36,491 nt of DNA from Myxococcota bacterium. GTDB taxonomy: Bacteria > Myxococcota_A > UBA796 > GCA-2862545. How positions within the stretch are numbered: position 1 is the first letter of the stretch; every line of letters starts with the position of its first letter. The stretch is from NCBI GenBank assembly GCA_039208735.1, contig JBCCQY010000089.1, positions 1-36,491 of the forward strand, written 5' to 3'. The translations under genes were made by a program, and so were the position numbers. Shown here piece after piece: positions 8,386 to 17,186 of the stretch. The notes beneath the pieces were generated by a model that did no database searches, had not been told where the DNA came from, and was given only the letters and a program-made list of their open reading frames with translations.

Positions 8386-10701
8386 TCAGGGTTCCATGAA
8401 CACCCAGCCGATCACGTCGCCGCTAGCCCCCGACCCTCGGATCGCGACCGCGCTCCGATCCGCATCGCCATACACCGAGACCGCATCGACGGTACGGCCC
8501 GAGAGCGGAGTTGCATTGAGCCCGAGTTCCACCGTTTCGACGGTGGCCCCAATGTGCTGCTCCACCCACAGCTCGACACCGCCTTCGGTGCTGACCAGCC
8601 CGGCAACCGTCAAGTCGTTGCCGTCAAGATGAGCGTCGATCTGAGTCACCGTGCCCGTCACCGAGGTCAGCACGTCGATGGAGGCGTTGCCAAACTCCTC
8701 CACCCGCGCCTCGCCACCGTCGACCACCATCAGCAACCCGTCGTCCTCGTCGGCAAAGGTGATCCCGTCGTTGACGGGGTTGCCATAGACCTGCCAGGTC
8801 GATTCGTCGTCGAGGAGCCAGGGGGTACACGCTCCGCCATCGCAAATCTGAATCGACAGGTCACCGTTGCCGAGGGGCGGGGCGTCGACAAAGCAAAGGG
8901 TTCCTGGATCATCACTGGATCCCGCTGCCCCCAAGCCCGCTCGACGGAACGCGTGCAGCCGTGCATCCGCACCGCTGCAGGCCAGGCCATAGAGGTCACC
9001 GGCTGCGTCGAAGCCCATCTCAATGTCGTCCGGCACGTAGCTCGGAGATAGCGGACGCAGGTTCGCGGGAGGCGTCGAGAACGCCCCGTTGGTCGACAGT
9101 CGCACCACATCGGCAAGCACCAACCAAGTCGAATTGACTCCGAGGGGGTCGGTCTGGGTGGTGAGCACGCCGATCCGCGGATCGTTGATGCCGTCGCCGT
9201 CGGCATCGGTGGGGGCAGGATCGACAGCGATATCGACCAGGCCCTGCAACTGCTGTGGCGTGGCCTTCCATTGCGGGTAGCCCACCGTGTCAGGCACCTG
9301 AAACCGCTGCCCCGAGGCCTGTAGCGAGATGGGAAAGACCACCCCCGCCGACATCAGCGGCTTGCCCGCTTCGAGTTCGAGCACGTCGCCGGCCACGACA
9401 ATCACAAAATCATCGCCAAGCCGCGCGATCTCGGGGTTGGTCACGCCCTCGAACGCGTAGCCCGCGAGCGGAGCGTCCGGAGCGGTCTGCCCGAACACAA
9501 GCCCTCCGGCACCCGCGCGACCATCACAGTCCCGGTCGTTGGGACCCCCAAACACTTCGAGTGCTCCGGGCCACACGAGCGAGTTTTGGTCGTCACAGTC
9601 GTTGCGGCCCGGTGGATCCACCAATCGGGCATCGGGGTTGGCCGCCCCCCAAGCCGCACGTTCCGCCTCGGTAATGCCCCAGTTTACCACGTAGTCTGCG
9701 AAGGCCGCCTCACTCGTACCCGCGGCCATAAAGCCGTCGCCGTCAAAGTCGAAGTCGTTGTTTCGCGCACAGTCCGTGTCCAGACCATCGCCAAACACGT
9801 CATTGACGGGGTCGCCGGGCGCACTCGGCCTCACGTCCGCCGGCACAAGATCGGGAAATGTCGCGCTGGCCGTGTCGAGGCAATCCCCGAACGGATTCAC
9901 GTCAGGAACGGGAAACAGCGGCGGACCACCTGCCCAATGACGATTCAGGTAAGCCGGAAAGTCGTCCTCGAACTCGGGCGGCATGAAGCCATCACCATCG
10001 GCGTCAAAGTCGTTTTCGCCGTCGCAGTCGGAGTCCACCCCATCGTAGATGACGTCCTCCAGACCGTTGCCCCGGAACAATGTTGGATCCTGGTCATCGC
10101 AATCCGCGAACGCATTGGGCCCGTTCAAGTCCCCGCCCGCATCGGCGACGAACCGCTCGGCCTCCTGACGGGTGATCCCGAAGCGGTCGAGGTAGGCCTC
10201 GAAGGCGTCTTCGACGAGAACACGCTGGCCTTCCACTCGCACGAAGGTCGGCATCTGACCATCGCCATCGGCGTCGAAGTCGTTGCTGCGATCGCACTTG
10301 CCGTCGAGGCCGTCGTACGGAACCTCGGGATTGTTGGGATCGGGGGAGATGAGCGCGGCTGACTCAATCACAGAGGGATCGTCTGCGCAATCGACGGGAA
10401 GCCCCTTGAACTCTGCCGGGTACTCGAATGGCGCGTAATCCGCTTCGGAAATGCCGGGAAACCCGTCGCCATCGGCATCGATGAGATCGCCGTCATTGGC
10501 ACAGTCGTTGTCGAGCCCATCGTAAGGAATTTCGTCGATATCAGGGGACTGCAAGGGATTTTCATCGTTGCAGTCTTCAGCCCCAGGCGAGCCATCCCCA
10601 TCGCCATCGAGCAGCCGCTGCCGCTCTTCGAAATCGGTTCGTCCGACGTAGACGCAGGACGTCAGCGCCACCATCCACACCACAGACCGGAGCCAGACCA
10701 T
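8386..10701 (-). CDS. Lipoprotein with repeated Cys/Asp putative metal-binding (MopE-related 'DCDD') motifs
   Basis: Lipobox LTSC, GAGGT RBS, five DxDGDG...DCxD...DGxDxDC units and a beta-rich C-terminal half. Confidence 0.8.
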   Translation of the reverse strand: MVWLRSVVWMVALTSCVYVGRTDFEERQRLLDGDGDGSPGAEDCNDENPLQSPDIDEIPYDGLDNDCANDGDLIDADGDGFPGISEADYAPFEYPAEFKGLPVDCADDPSVIESAALISPDPNNPEVPYDGLDGKCDRSNDFDADGDGQMPTFVRVEGQRVLVEDAFEAYLDRFGITRQEAERFVADAGGDLNGPNAFADCDDQDPTLFRGNGLEDVIYDGVDSDCDGENDFDADGDGFMPPEFEDDFPAYLNRHWAGGPPLFPVPDVNPFGDCLDTASATFPDLVPADVRPSAPGDPVNDVFGDGLDTDCARNNDFDFDGDGFMAAGTSEAAFADYVVNWGITEAERAAWGAANPDARLVDPPGRNDCDDQNSLVWPGALEVFGGPNDRDCDGRAGAGGLVFGQTAPDAPLAGYAFEGVTNPEIARLGDDFVIVVAGDVLELEAGKPLMSAGVVFPISLQASGQRFQVPDTVGYPQWKATPQQLQGLVDIAVDPAPTDADGDGINDPRIGVLTTQTDPLGVNSTWLVLADVVRLSTNGAFSTPPANLRPLSPSYVPDDIEMGFDAAGDLYGLACSGADARLHAFRRAGLGAAGSSDDPGTLCFVDAPPLGNGDLSIQICDGGACTPWLLDDESTWQVYGNPVNDGITFADEDDGLLMVVDGGEARVEEFGNASIDVLTSVTGTVTQIDAHLDGNDLTVAGLVSTEGGVELWVEQHIGATVETVELGLNATPLSGRTVDAVSVYGDADRSAVAIRGSGASGDVIGWVFMEP
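9520..10608 (-). repeat. Five intragenic Asp/Cys-rich repeats
   Basis: DGDGDG..DCND..YDGLDNDC; DADGDG..DCAD..YDGLDGKC; DADGDG..DCDD..YDGVDSDC; DADGDG..DCLD..GDGLDTDC; DFDGDG..DCDD..DRDCDG. Confidence 0.75.
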
Positions 10702-10826
10702 GTCGCACCTCTTCCGAGCAGAAGCCGTCTATGGGGAACGGAGGTCCGGTGCCACGCCGTTCGATGGCTCGTTCGTCTCCCACCTGAAATCCGAATTCCA
10801 TACGATGGTAGAACCTTGCTCACCAG

Positions 10827-12245
10827 GTGGGTCCCGTGGTCCGGTCCTCGTCGTTGGTCGATCTCGTCAAGCTGTCGATGAATACGCTTGCCACCCCAAT
10901 CCTCGAGGAGGTGGCGCTCGATGTGGTCGAAGGCACTCTTCCACCCGAGATCAACGGCGTGCTGTTGCGCAACGGGCCCGGGCGCCAGGAGCGAGGGGGC
11001 CAGCCTTACGGTCACCCCTTCGATGGGGACGGATTCGTTCAACGGCTCGCAATCGAGGATGGGCAAGCCCGCTACCGGGCCGACTGGGTGCGCACCGAAG
11101 AGTGGAAGGCCGAGGAAGCGGCCGATCGCATCCTCTTTCGGGGGTTCGGGACCAATCGGCCGGGGGGCACCTGGACCAACATGTTCGACCTCCGCTTCAA
11201 GAACGCAGCTAACACCTCGATCATTACGCATGCAGGCCACACCTTAGCCCTTTGGGAAGGAGGCATTCCTCATGCGGTGGATCCCAACACGTTGGCCACG
11301 CTGGGTCGCTTCGACTTCGCGGGTGGACTTAGGAACCAGCGTTCGTTTTTCGACAAGTGGCTGAATCCCGAACTCCCATTCGCCGCGCACCCGAGGTTCG
11401 ACCCTCACACCGGCGAACTGTGGAGTTTTGGCGTAGCTCATGGTATAAAGAACCACCTACTGATTCACCGCGTCTCGGCCGAGGGACAGCTCAAGACGCA
11501 TTGGGTGGAGCTGCCTCAGCTGCCCTTCGTGCATGACTTCGTGCTGACCGAGAAGTACTGCGTCTTCGTGCTGCCTGCGGTCTCCTTCGCACTCGGGGCG
11601 GCGCTGTTGGGCCGCCGATCTCCCGTTACCTCCCTGCAGCTCAAGGACAATCGCCCCGGCCTCGTCCTGCTCTGGCCGCGCGATGGAGGCGCCCCGCGAT
11701 GGGCCGAAGGGCCGAGCGGTTTTGTGTTCCACTGGGCGCATGGCTTCGAGGATGCGCACGGCAACGTGGTGCTCACTGGAATGCACTACCCGAGTTTCCC
11801 GCGTCTCGATGCGCCGCTCGAGCAGGTGGGCCGCAGTGTTCCGGTGCCACTCCGATTGACCATCGACGCGAACGACCGATCCACCATGGACGCGGCGAGC
11901 GATCACCTGCTGGAGTTGCCCACCACGGCCACGCCGTTCAACCAGCCCACGCGCCGCATCTTTGGCGTCGCGGGTCCACCGGAGCGGGACTACCCCGTGC
12001 TCACGGGCATCGGGGAGCTCGATCCCGACGACCGCTTCCTCTACCGTGACCTCTACCCGGCGGTGCCGGGAGAGCCGATTCCCGTCGCGGACGGGCGATG
12101 GCTGATCACCTGGGTGTTCTACGCCGATGACCCCAGTGAGATCTGGGTCCTCGACGCCGAAACCCTTGAGACCCAGGCCCGCATCCGACTTCCGGTATCG
12201 GTGCCCCAGGGACTCCACGGGCAATGGACCGAACGCGTGGCGTGA
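10827..12245 (+). CDS. Carotenoid cleavage oxygenase family (RPE65/lignostilbene dioxygenase-like)
   Basis: Motifs GTLPPEINGVLLRNGPG, HPFDGDG, NAANTS and LWEGG, plus four Fe-ligand His (FAAHP, FVHDF, VFHW, GLHGQW). Start is uncertain (10827, 10836 or 10878). Confidence 0.9.
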   Translation: MGPVVRSSSLVDLVKLSMNTLATPILEEVALDVVEGTLPPEINGVLLRNGPGRQERGGQPYGHPFDGDGFVQRLAIEDGQARYRADWVRTEEWKAEEAADRILFRGFGTNRPGGTWTNMFDLRFKNAANTSIITHAGHTLALWEGGIPHAVDPNTLATLGRFDFAGGLRNQRSFFDKWLNPELPFAAHPRFDPHTGELWSFGVAHGIKNHLLIHRVSAEGQLKTHWVELPQLPFVHDFVLTEKYCVFVLPAVSFALGAALLGRRSPVTSLQLKDNRPGLVLLWPRDGGAPRWAEGPSGFVFHWAHGFEDAHGNVVLTGMHYPSFPRLDAPLEQVGRSVPVPLRLTIDANDRSTMDAASDHLLELPTTATPFNQPTRRIFGVAGPPERDYPVLTGIGELDPDDRFLYRDLYPAVPGEPIPVADGRWLITWVFYADDPSEIWVLDAETLETQARIRLPVSVPQGLHGQWTERVA

Positions 12246-12248
12246 CCT

Positions 12249-13808
12249 TCAAATCTCTTCGGGGGACGGCCCGCGCCAGAGGACTCGGTAGAGGTCCGTT
12301 CGACGGTCGTTCCAGTTGCGCGTGGTGCCGCCCATCCGATGCCGCCGCAACTGCTCGGTATCGACCTCGTGGACGAGCACCGTTTCTTGGTTGGGCGACG
12401 CCTCGGCCGCGATGCCGTCCCAGGCGAAGCCGACGTCGAGCGGTGTGTACACGCCGGATTGGGCGTAGTGGACGTCTGCGTTCTCGACAAACGGAAGGTT
12501 TCCCACGCAGCCCGCGGTCACCGTGTAGATGTGGTTTTCGATGCAGCGCGCGAGGGCGGAGGTGCGAACTCGGATGTGGCCATAGCGATCGTTGGTGTTG
12601 TAAGGCACAAACAGGATGCGCGCGCCCTTGGCCACCGCTACGCGTACGATCTCGGGAAACTCACAGTCGTAGCAGACCAAGATCGCGATGCGTCCTCGGT
12701 CGGTGTCGAACACCTGGACCTCATCCCCGCCCTGGACGCCCCACCACCGCGCTTCGGACTGGGTGATGTGGATCTTCTTCTGCCGCTCGAGGGTGCCATC
12801 GCGGCGAAACAGGTGAGCCACGTTGTAGAGGGTGTCGGCCTCGTAGGTGACCGTCGATCCGGCCACGATGTTGACGTTGCCGCGCAGCGCCAAGTCACGA
12901 AACAGCTCAAGGTAGCGAGGGGTGTACTCGGCGAGCCTGCGAATGGCCTGTTCGGGCTTTCGATTGTCGAGCAGCGTGAGGAGTTCGAGCGTGAAGAGCT
13001 CCGGAAACACCACGAAATCGGATCCGTAGTCCGAAGCCGTGTCTACGAAGAAGCGGCACTGTTGCTCGAAGTCCCGGATGTGAGCGATTTGCAGCATCTG
13101 CCACTGCACAGCCGCGAGCTTGACCATGCGAACCGCACGCCGCTGCCGATGGCGGTCTGGCACGTGGTCGAGGTTGGTCCACTCGAGGTGGGTGGCGTAG
13201 CCAGCCGAGTCCTCATCGGACTTGTCGTAGTCGGGAATCAGGGCCCGTAGGGAAAAGCCATTGGCAAGCTGGACCGTGAGCACAGGATCGTGAAGCCGGC
13301 GCGCGATCACCGCCTCCACGTACTCCCGAGCCGTCATCTCCTGCCGACGCGCCGCGTAGCCAGGAATGCGACCGCCAATCGCAATCCGCGCCAATTCGCG
13401 GTCTTGAACGAGCCGCTTGCGAGCCTCGTAGAGCCGTCGAGCCAAACGCATGCCTCGGAACTCGGGGTCCACCTGAATCTCGATGCCGTACAACGTGTCG
13501 CCGTCAGGATCGTGGTTCTCGATGGTGCCGTTGCCACTGACCGCCTTCCAATTGTGCAGATCACCATAGTCATCCTGCTGAATGATGAGGCTGCTGGACG
13601 AGGCCACGAGCCGCCCCTCGACGAAGATCCCGAACTGGCCCTCGGGAAACCGCTCGAGGTGAGCCCGAAATTCGTGTTCTGTCCATGGCGTCTGACTCGG
13701 GAAACACCGCAATTCGAGTTCGATGAGGGACGCAAAGTCGTCGAGGGTCAGGTTGCGCAACTCGAGCTTGCGCTGGAACTCATCGAGGTTCGCCCGATCC
13801 TCGGACAT
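12249..13808 (-). CDS. Bifunctional GNAT acetyltransferase / carbon-nitrogen hydrolase family protein
   Basis: GNAT: FPEGQ, LYGIEIQVDPEFRGMRLARRLY, GGRIPGY. Nitrilase triad: FPELF (E), QKKIH (K), LVCYD (C). AAGGGG spacing favours ATG 13808 over 13817. Confidence 0.9.
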   Translation of the reverse strand: MSEDRANLDEFQRKLELRNLTLDDFASLIELELRCFPSQTPWTEHEFRAHLERFPEGQFGIFVEGRLVASSSSLIIQQDDYGDLHNWKAVSGNGTIENHDPDGDTLYGIEIQVDPEFRGMRLARRLYEARKRLVQDRELARIAIGGRIPGYAARRQEMTAREYVEAVIARRLHDPVLTVQLANGFSLRALIPDYDKSDEDSAGYATHLEWTNLDHVPDRHRQRRAVRMVKLAAVQWQMLQIAHIRDFEQQCRFFVDTASDYGSDFVVFPELFTLELLTLLDNRKPEQAIRRLAEYTPRYLELFRDLALRGNVNIVAGSTVTYEADTLYNVAHLFRRDGTLERQKKIHITQSEARWWGVQGGDEVQVFDTDRGRIAILVCYDCEFPEIVRVAVAKGARILFVPYNTNDRYGHIRVRTSALARCIENHIYTVTAGCVGNLPFVENADVHYAQSGVYTPLDVGFAWDGIAAEASPNQETVLVHEVDTEQLRRHRMGGTTRNWNDRRTDLYRVLWRGPSPEEI

Positions 13809-14622
13809 CGTTGGCATCCCCTTGGTATTGCAGGTCCAACGTCATGGTGCCCACCGGAGCGACGGGCCCCCGAAGCACCACCGCGCCAGATGAACGCACC
13901 GTGACGTGCAAGACCCCGCCAGGCATCGATAGCGTCTGCGGTCGGTCCCAGGATTGATGACCCCGATTCGCGGCGACAAACGCCACCGCACAGGCGCTCG
14001 ATCCCGAGGCCTGCGTTTCACCGGCCCCACGTTCCCAGATCCGGAGTTCCGCTCCCCCAGGACGAGGCTCGACGAACTGCACATTCGTACGATTCGGAAA
14101 GTGGGGATGCCGCTCGATCGCCGCGCCCCAGGCCCGCCAAGGAACTTCGTCAAAGGGGCCCGGGTCCCACACCACGACATGCGGATTGCCGATTCGCACC
14201 TCGGTGACGTGCAGCACCCTCGGATCCGCCGAGCCCAGCGCCGACGTCGGCAGGCGGTGATCCACCCATGGCCCCTGCGTGGCCACCCCCATCTCGATGG
14301 TCACTTGGGTCCCTTCGACCAAGCAGTCCACCACATCCACGCCCGTGTCCACGGTGAAGCGGGTTCCCGCCTCCCGATCCCGGGACAGCCAATAGGCGTA
14401 GATGCGGAGCCCATTGCCCGACTTTTCGGCGACCGACCCATCGGGATTCCAGATGCGAACGCCATGGTCTGCGCGCTCGGTCGACATCGGTTCGAGGATT
14501 CCGTCCGATCCGATGCCCCGATGCCGATCGCACAGGGCGCGCACGCGCGGCGCAGTCAGCGCAGAAGCCTCAACCGCGACCAGGTAGTCATTGCCAAGCC
14601 CGTGCGCCTTGAACCACTTCAC
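13780..14622 (-). CDS. dapF: Diaminopimelate epimerase homologue (both catalytic Cys replaced by Ser)
   Basis: Motifs KAHGLGNDY, CDRHRGIGSDG, IWNPDGS, GNPH, FPNRTNVQF and WERGAGET. The catalytic sites read EKSGNG and QASGSSAC. Confidence 0.8.
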   Translation of the reverse strand: MKWFKAHGLGNDYLVAVEASALTAPRVRALCDRHRGIGSDGILEPMSTERADHGVRIWNPDGSVAEKSGNGLRIYAYWLSRDREAGTRFTVDTGVDVVDCLVEGTQVTIEMGVATQGPWVDHRLPTSALGSADPRVLHVTEVRIGNPHVVVWDPGPFDEVPWRAWGAAIERHPHFPNRTNVQFVEPRPGGAELRIWERGAGETQASGSSACAVAFVAANRGHQSWDRPQTLSMPGGVLHVTVRSSGAVVLRGPVAPVGTMTLDLQYQGDANDVRGSGEPR

Positions 14623-15560
14623 CAGCGGAACCAGCCCGTCTTGCGCTTGTAGGGAGCCAACATCGACATGGCCTCCTCATGCTGCGGATCGAGCGAGATC
14701 GTGATCTCGAGCCAGCGGATCATGTAGTCGCTGTCTTGATGATTCGCCGCGATGCGCGCCCGCAACCATGCCAATTCCGCATGGCGTTCCTGCAGGTCTT
14801 GCGCAAGCGAACACGCCGAAAGGGCAGCTGCATACTGTCCTGATGCGTAGTACCGCTCGCCCACTTCGGCCATCACCGCGATGGCCCGATCTTCCATATC
14901 GGGGTCGGGCAGTGCCTTACTCGCGGCCCGAAGTGCGTTGGCTCGTTCATCGAGGAGGACGTTGAGTTCTGCGTAGTCCATCCACCAGTCGGTGCGGGCT
15001 GGCTCCTTGGCCAATCCCCGTTCGAGGGCGGCAAGCGCACCGTTCAGGTTGCCCACGTTGGCTTCGAGGCCTGCGATGACCCCGAAAACGACCGAAGGAC
15101 ACCCCGGATTGTCAGCCCATTCGTAGGCCTCGTCGAGCGCCCGATCGTACTCGTTCATCGCTTCGAGGACCGACAAGCGTTGGACTTCACCGGCGACCGG
15201 ATCATCGCCCCAGCGCGTTTGCGCGGTCGCGAGCTTCAGCGCGAGCACGTACCGACCCGATTGTGACAACGCCTGCGAGGCCAGCATGTAGTCATTGTCG
15301 GGGTGAAGGCTCGCTAGTCGATCGTGCAGCGCTTTGTCCTCTTCCGGCGTGAGCCCGCAGTACGTACAACGCTCCTCATCGAGGTCTCCCCCACAGTTCA
15401 CGCATCGATCATGATAGGGAAACCGAAGGTTGGTCGCATACTTCTCGGTACGATGAACATGCCCGCACGAGGCGCAGAAGTACACATCCGCGTACTGGTC
15501 CTCGACCAGCCGGGGGGTCCATTGCAGATCCATGACGGGGCAGCACTGGGTTTCCACCAT
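14619..15560 (-). CDS. Hypothetical protein with N-terminal Cys-rich zinc-ribbon(s) and TPR-like helical repeats
   Basis: CCP, CASCGH, CVNCGG and CTYCG, then TPR-like segments (ALAALERGLAKEP, LEITISLDPQHEEA). GGGGA RBS before ATG 15560. Its stop overlaps the dapF start (GTGA). Confidence 0.75.
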   Translation of the reverse strand: MVETQCCPVMDLQWTPRLVEDQYADVYFCASCGHVHRTEKYATNLRFPYHDRCVNCGGDLDEERCTYCGLTPEEDKALHDRLASLHPDNDYMLASQALSQSGRYVLALKLATAQTRWGDDPVAGEVQRLSVLEAMNEYDRALDEAYEWADNPGCPSVVFGVIAGLEANVGNLNGALAALERGLAKEPARTDWWMDYAELNVLLDERANALRAASKALPDPDMEDRAIAVMAEVGERYYASGQYAAALSACSLAQDLQERHAELAWLRARIAANHQDSDYMIRWLEITISLDPQHEEAMSMLAPYKRKTGWFRW

Positions 15561-15718
15561 CGATTCCCCTACCGCCACACTTCACCCAGGAGGCAGTGGA
15601 AGCCAGCGGTGTCGCTTGGAATTGTAGCGCCCCCCTTTGAGGGTGCAAATCGAGCAACATCGTGCTCAACGAGCCCCCCTTGTCTGCCGAGGAACGGGGA
15701 TGGGGCCGGGGAGCTGTA

Positions 15719-17185
15719 TTGACGGATCGGACGACCCTGAGACGTTGGGCCAAGCGGCGACGCCCTCTCGACACCCTCGAGGCGAGTGTAGTGCGGGCCT
15801 GGCTCGCCACCGAAGATGACATCGCTCGAGCCCGCTTGCACGCGCTTCGCTACGTCATCTCGTTCGCCCGACTGACCGTCGTACGCGACGCCAGCGGTGT
15901 TGACCACGACGTCACCGGTTTTCTCGCTCGGCATCACCAATGGGTACGTCTTCGTCTCGAGCCCCGCATTGCCAAGCTACCGGGCCAGGGGCTTCGTGCA
16001 GTCGCCGAAGAGTTACCCGACCTCCTCGCGCGGACCCGACGGCTCCGAATCGAGCTGCTGGCGCACGTCGGTGTCGACCGACCCTCTCTCGAACGCGAAA
16101 TCACGGAAAAACGACTCGTGGTCGCGTCGGGCGGCGGTGGGGGCGCGGGCTACGTCTATCCCGGCGTCTACGAACAGCTGGAGCGCTCTGGCCTCGTCCC
16201 CGACCTGATGGTGGGCACCTCGATTGGCTCGTTGATGGCGATGTTCCGCGCTCGACGCCGGCGCTACGATCTCGCTGCCTACGTCGCAGCGGCCCGCTCG
16301 CTGTCGTGGGGCGGGGTGTTCCAAATCCTGGAAACCGCGAACCGCTACGGATTGCCCGCCACCCTGCGTTTGCGGCTGCGGAGCGCCATCGGCCACCTCT
16401 TTCTTCGTGAGGACGGTCAGCCCATGCGGCTTTCCGACATGGAGATTCCGCTCCACGTGATCGTGACGGGCATCACCGTCGATGCGCTCAAGCACGATCT
16501 CGAATTCTACGAGCATCTGCTCGACGATGACGTTCAACGATCCGGGATGCCAAGCGGATTGTCCGACCTGACGGGGCGACTCAAGGTGACCGGCGTCGTT
16601 CGTGAATTCCTGTCCCGCCCCGACGCCCTCAAACGCATCGTCTTGGGCCGGGACCGCGGCACCGAAGACTTCGATGTCATCGACGCGGCGGGGTTCTCGA
16701 GCGCGGTGCCCGCGGTCATCCACTACGACGTGTTGCGTGAAGATGCGCGCATGCATCAGATGCTGGGCCGCCTTTACGCAGATTACGGCATCACGCGCCT
16801 TGGTGAAGGCGGACTCACCTCGAACGTGCCCGCTCGAGCAGGGTGGGAATCCGCTGTTGAAGGTCGACTATCAGACGGCCGCCGCAATGCATTCGTCCTC
16901 GCCCTTGACTGTTTTGCTCCCCACTGGCGCCGACCCTTATGGTTCCCCTTTCAACAGGTGGTCCGGTCTGCGAACGTACAATGGGACCGGCGATATGCGG
17001 ACTTGTACATCCCGCACGTACATACGTTGTCGCCCGTGAATCTCGTGCCGTCGGTCAAGGAGGCCATGCGCGCCTCGAAGTGGGGTCGTGACGAAGCACG
17101 CCCACACATGCCGTTTGTTCGCGAGATGTGCCGTACCCTGCCGGGACTGTCTCCCGAACCGGCCGCGTGGGAGCGCGTTGGGTAA
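15719..17185 (+). CDS. Patatin-like phospholipase family protein
   Basis: Oxyanion motif SGGGGAGY, nucleophile GTSIG, SSAVP, and EGG in place of DGG. TTG start after GGGGAG (alternative GTG 15662). Confidence 0.82.
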   Translation: MTDRTTLRRWAKRRRPLDTLEASVVRAWLATEDDIARARLHALRYVISFARLTVVRDASGVDHDVTGFLARHHQWVRLRLEPRIAKLPGQGLRAVAEELPDLLARTRRLRIELLAHVGVDRPSLEREITEKRLVVASGGGGGAGYVYPGVYEQLERSGLVPDLMVGTSIGSLMAMFRARRRRYDLAAYVAAARSLSWGGVFQILETANRYGLPATLRLRLRSAIGHLFLREDGQPMRLSDMEIPLHVIVTGITVDALKHDLEFYEHLLDDDVQRSGMPSGLSDLTGRLKVTGVVREFLSRPDALKRIVLGRDRGTEDFDVIDAAGFSSAVPAVIHYDVLREDARMHQMLGRLYADYGITRLGEGGLTSNVPARAGWESAVEGRLSDGRRNAFVLALDCFAPHWRRPLWFPFQQVVRSANVQWDRRYADLYIPHVHTLSPVNLVPSVKEAMRASKWGRDEARPHMPFVREMCRTLPGLSPEPAAWERVG

Positions 17186-17186
17186 C

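Noticed and set aside
9520..10608. Recurrent GCCATCGGCGTC/AAGTCGTT-like DNA words as a CRISPR or DNA repeat array
   Set aside because: They are degenerate, irregularly spaced and in frame. They simply encode the NDFDADGDG protein repeats.
1942..17185. Split type Vd (PlpD-like) system from the Omp85 barrel plus patatin
   Set aside because: The genes are more than 12 kb apart and the patatin has no evident signal peptide.
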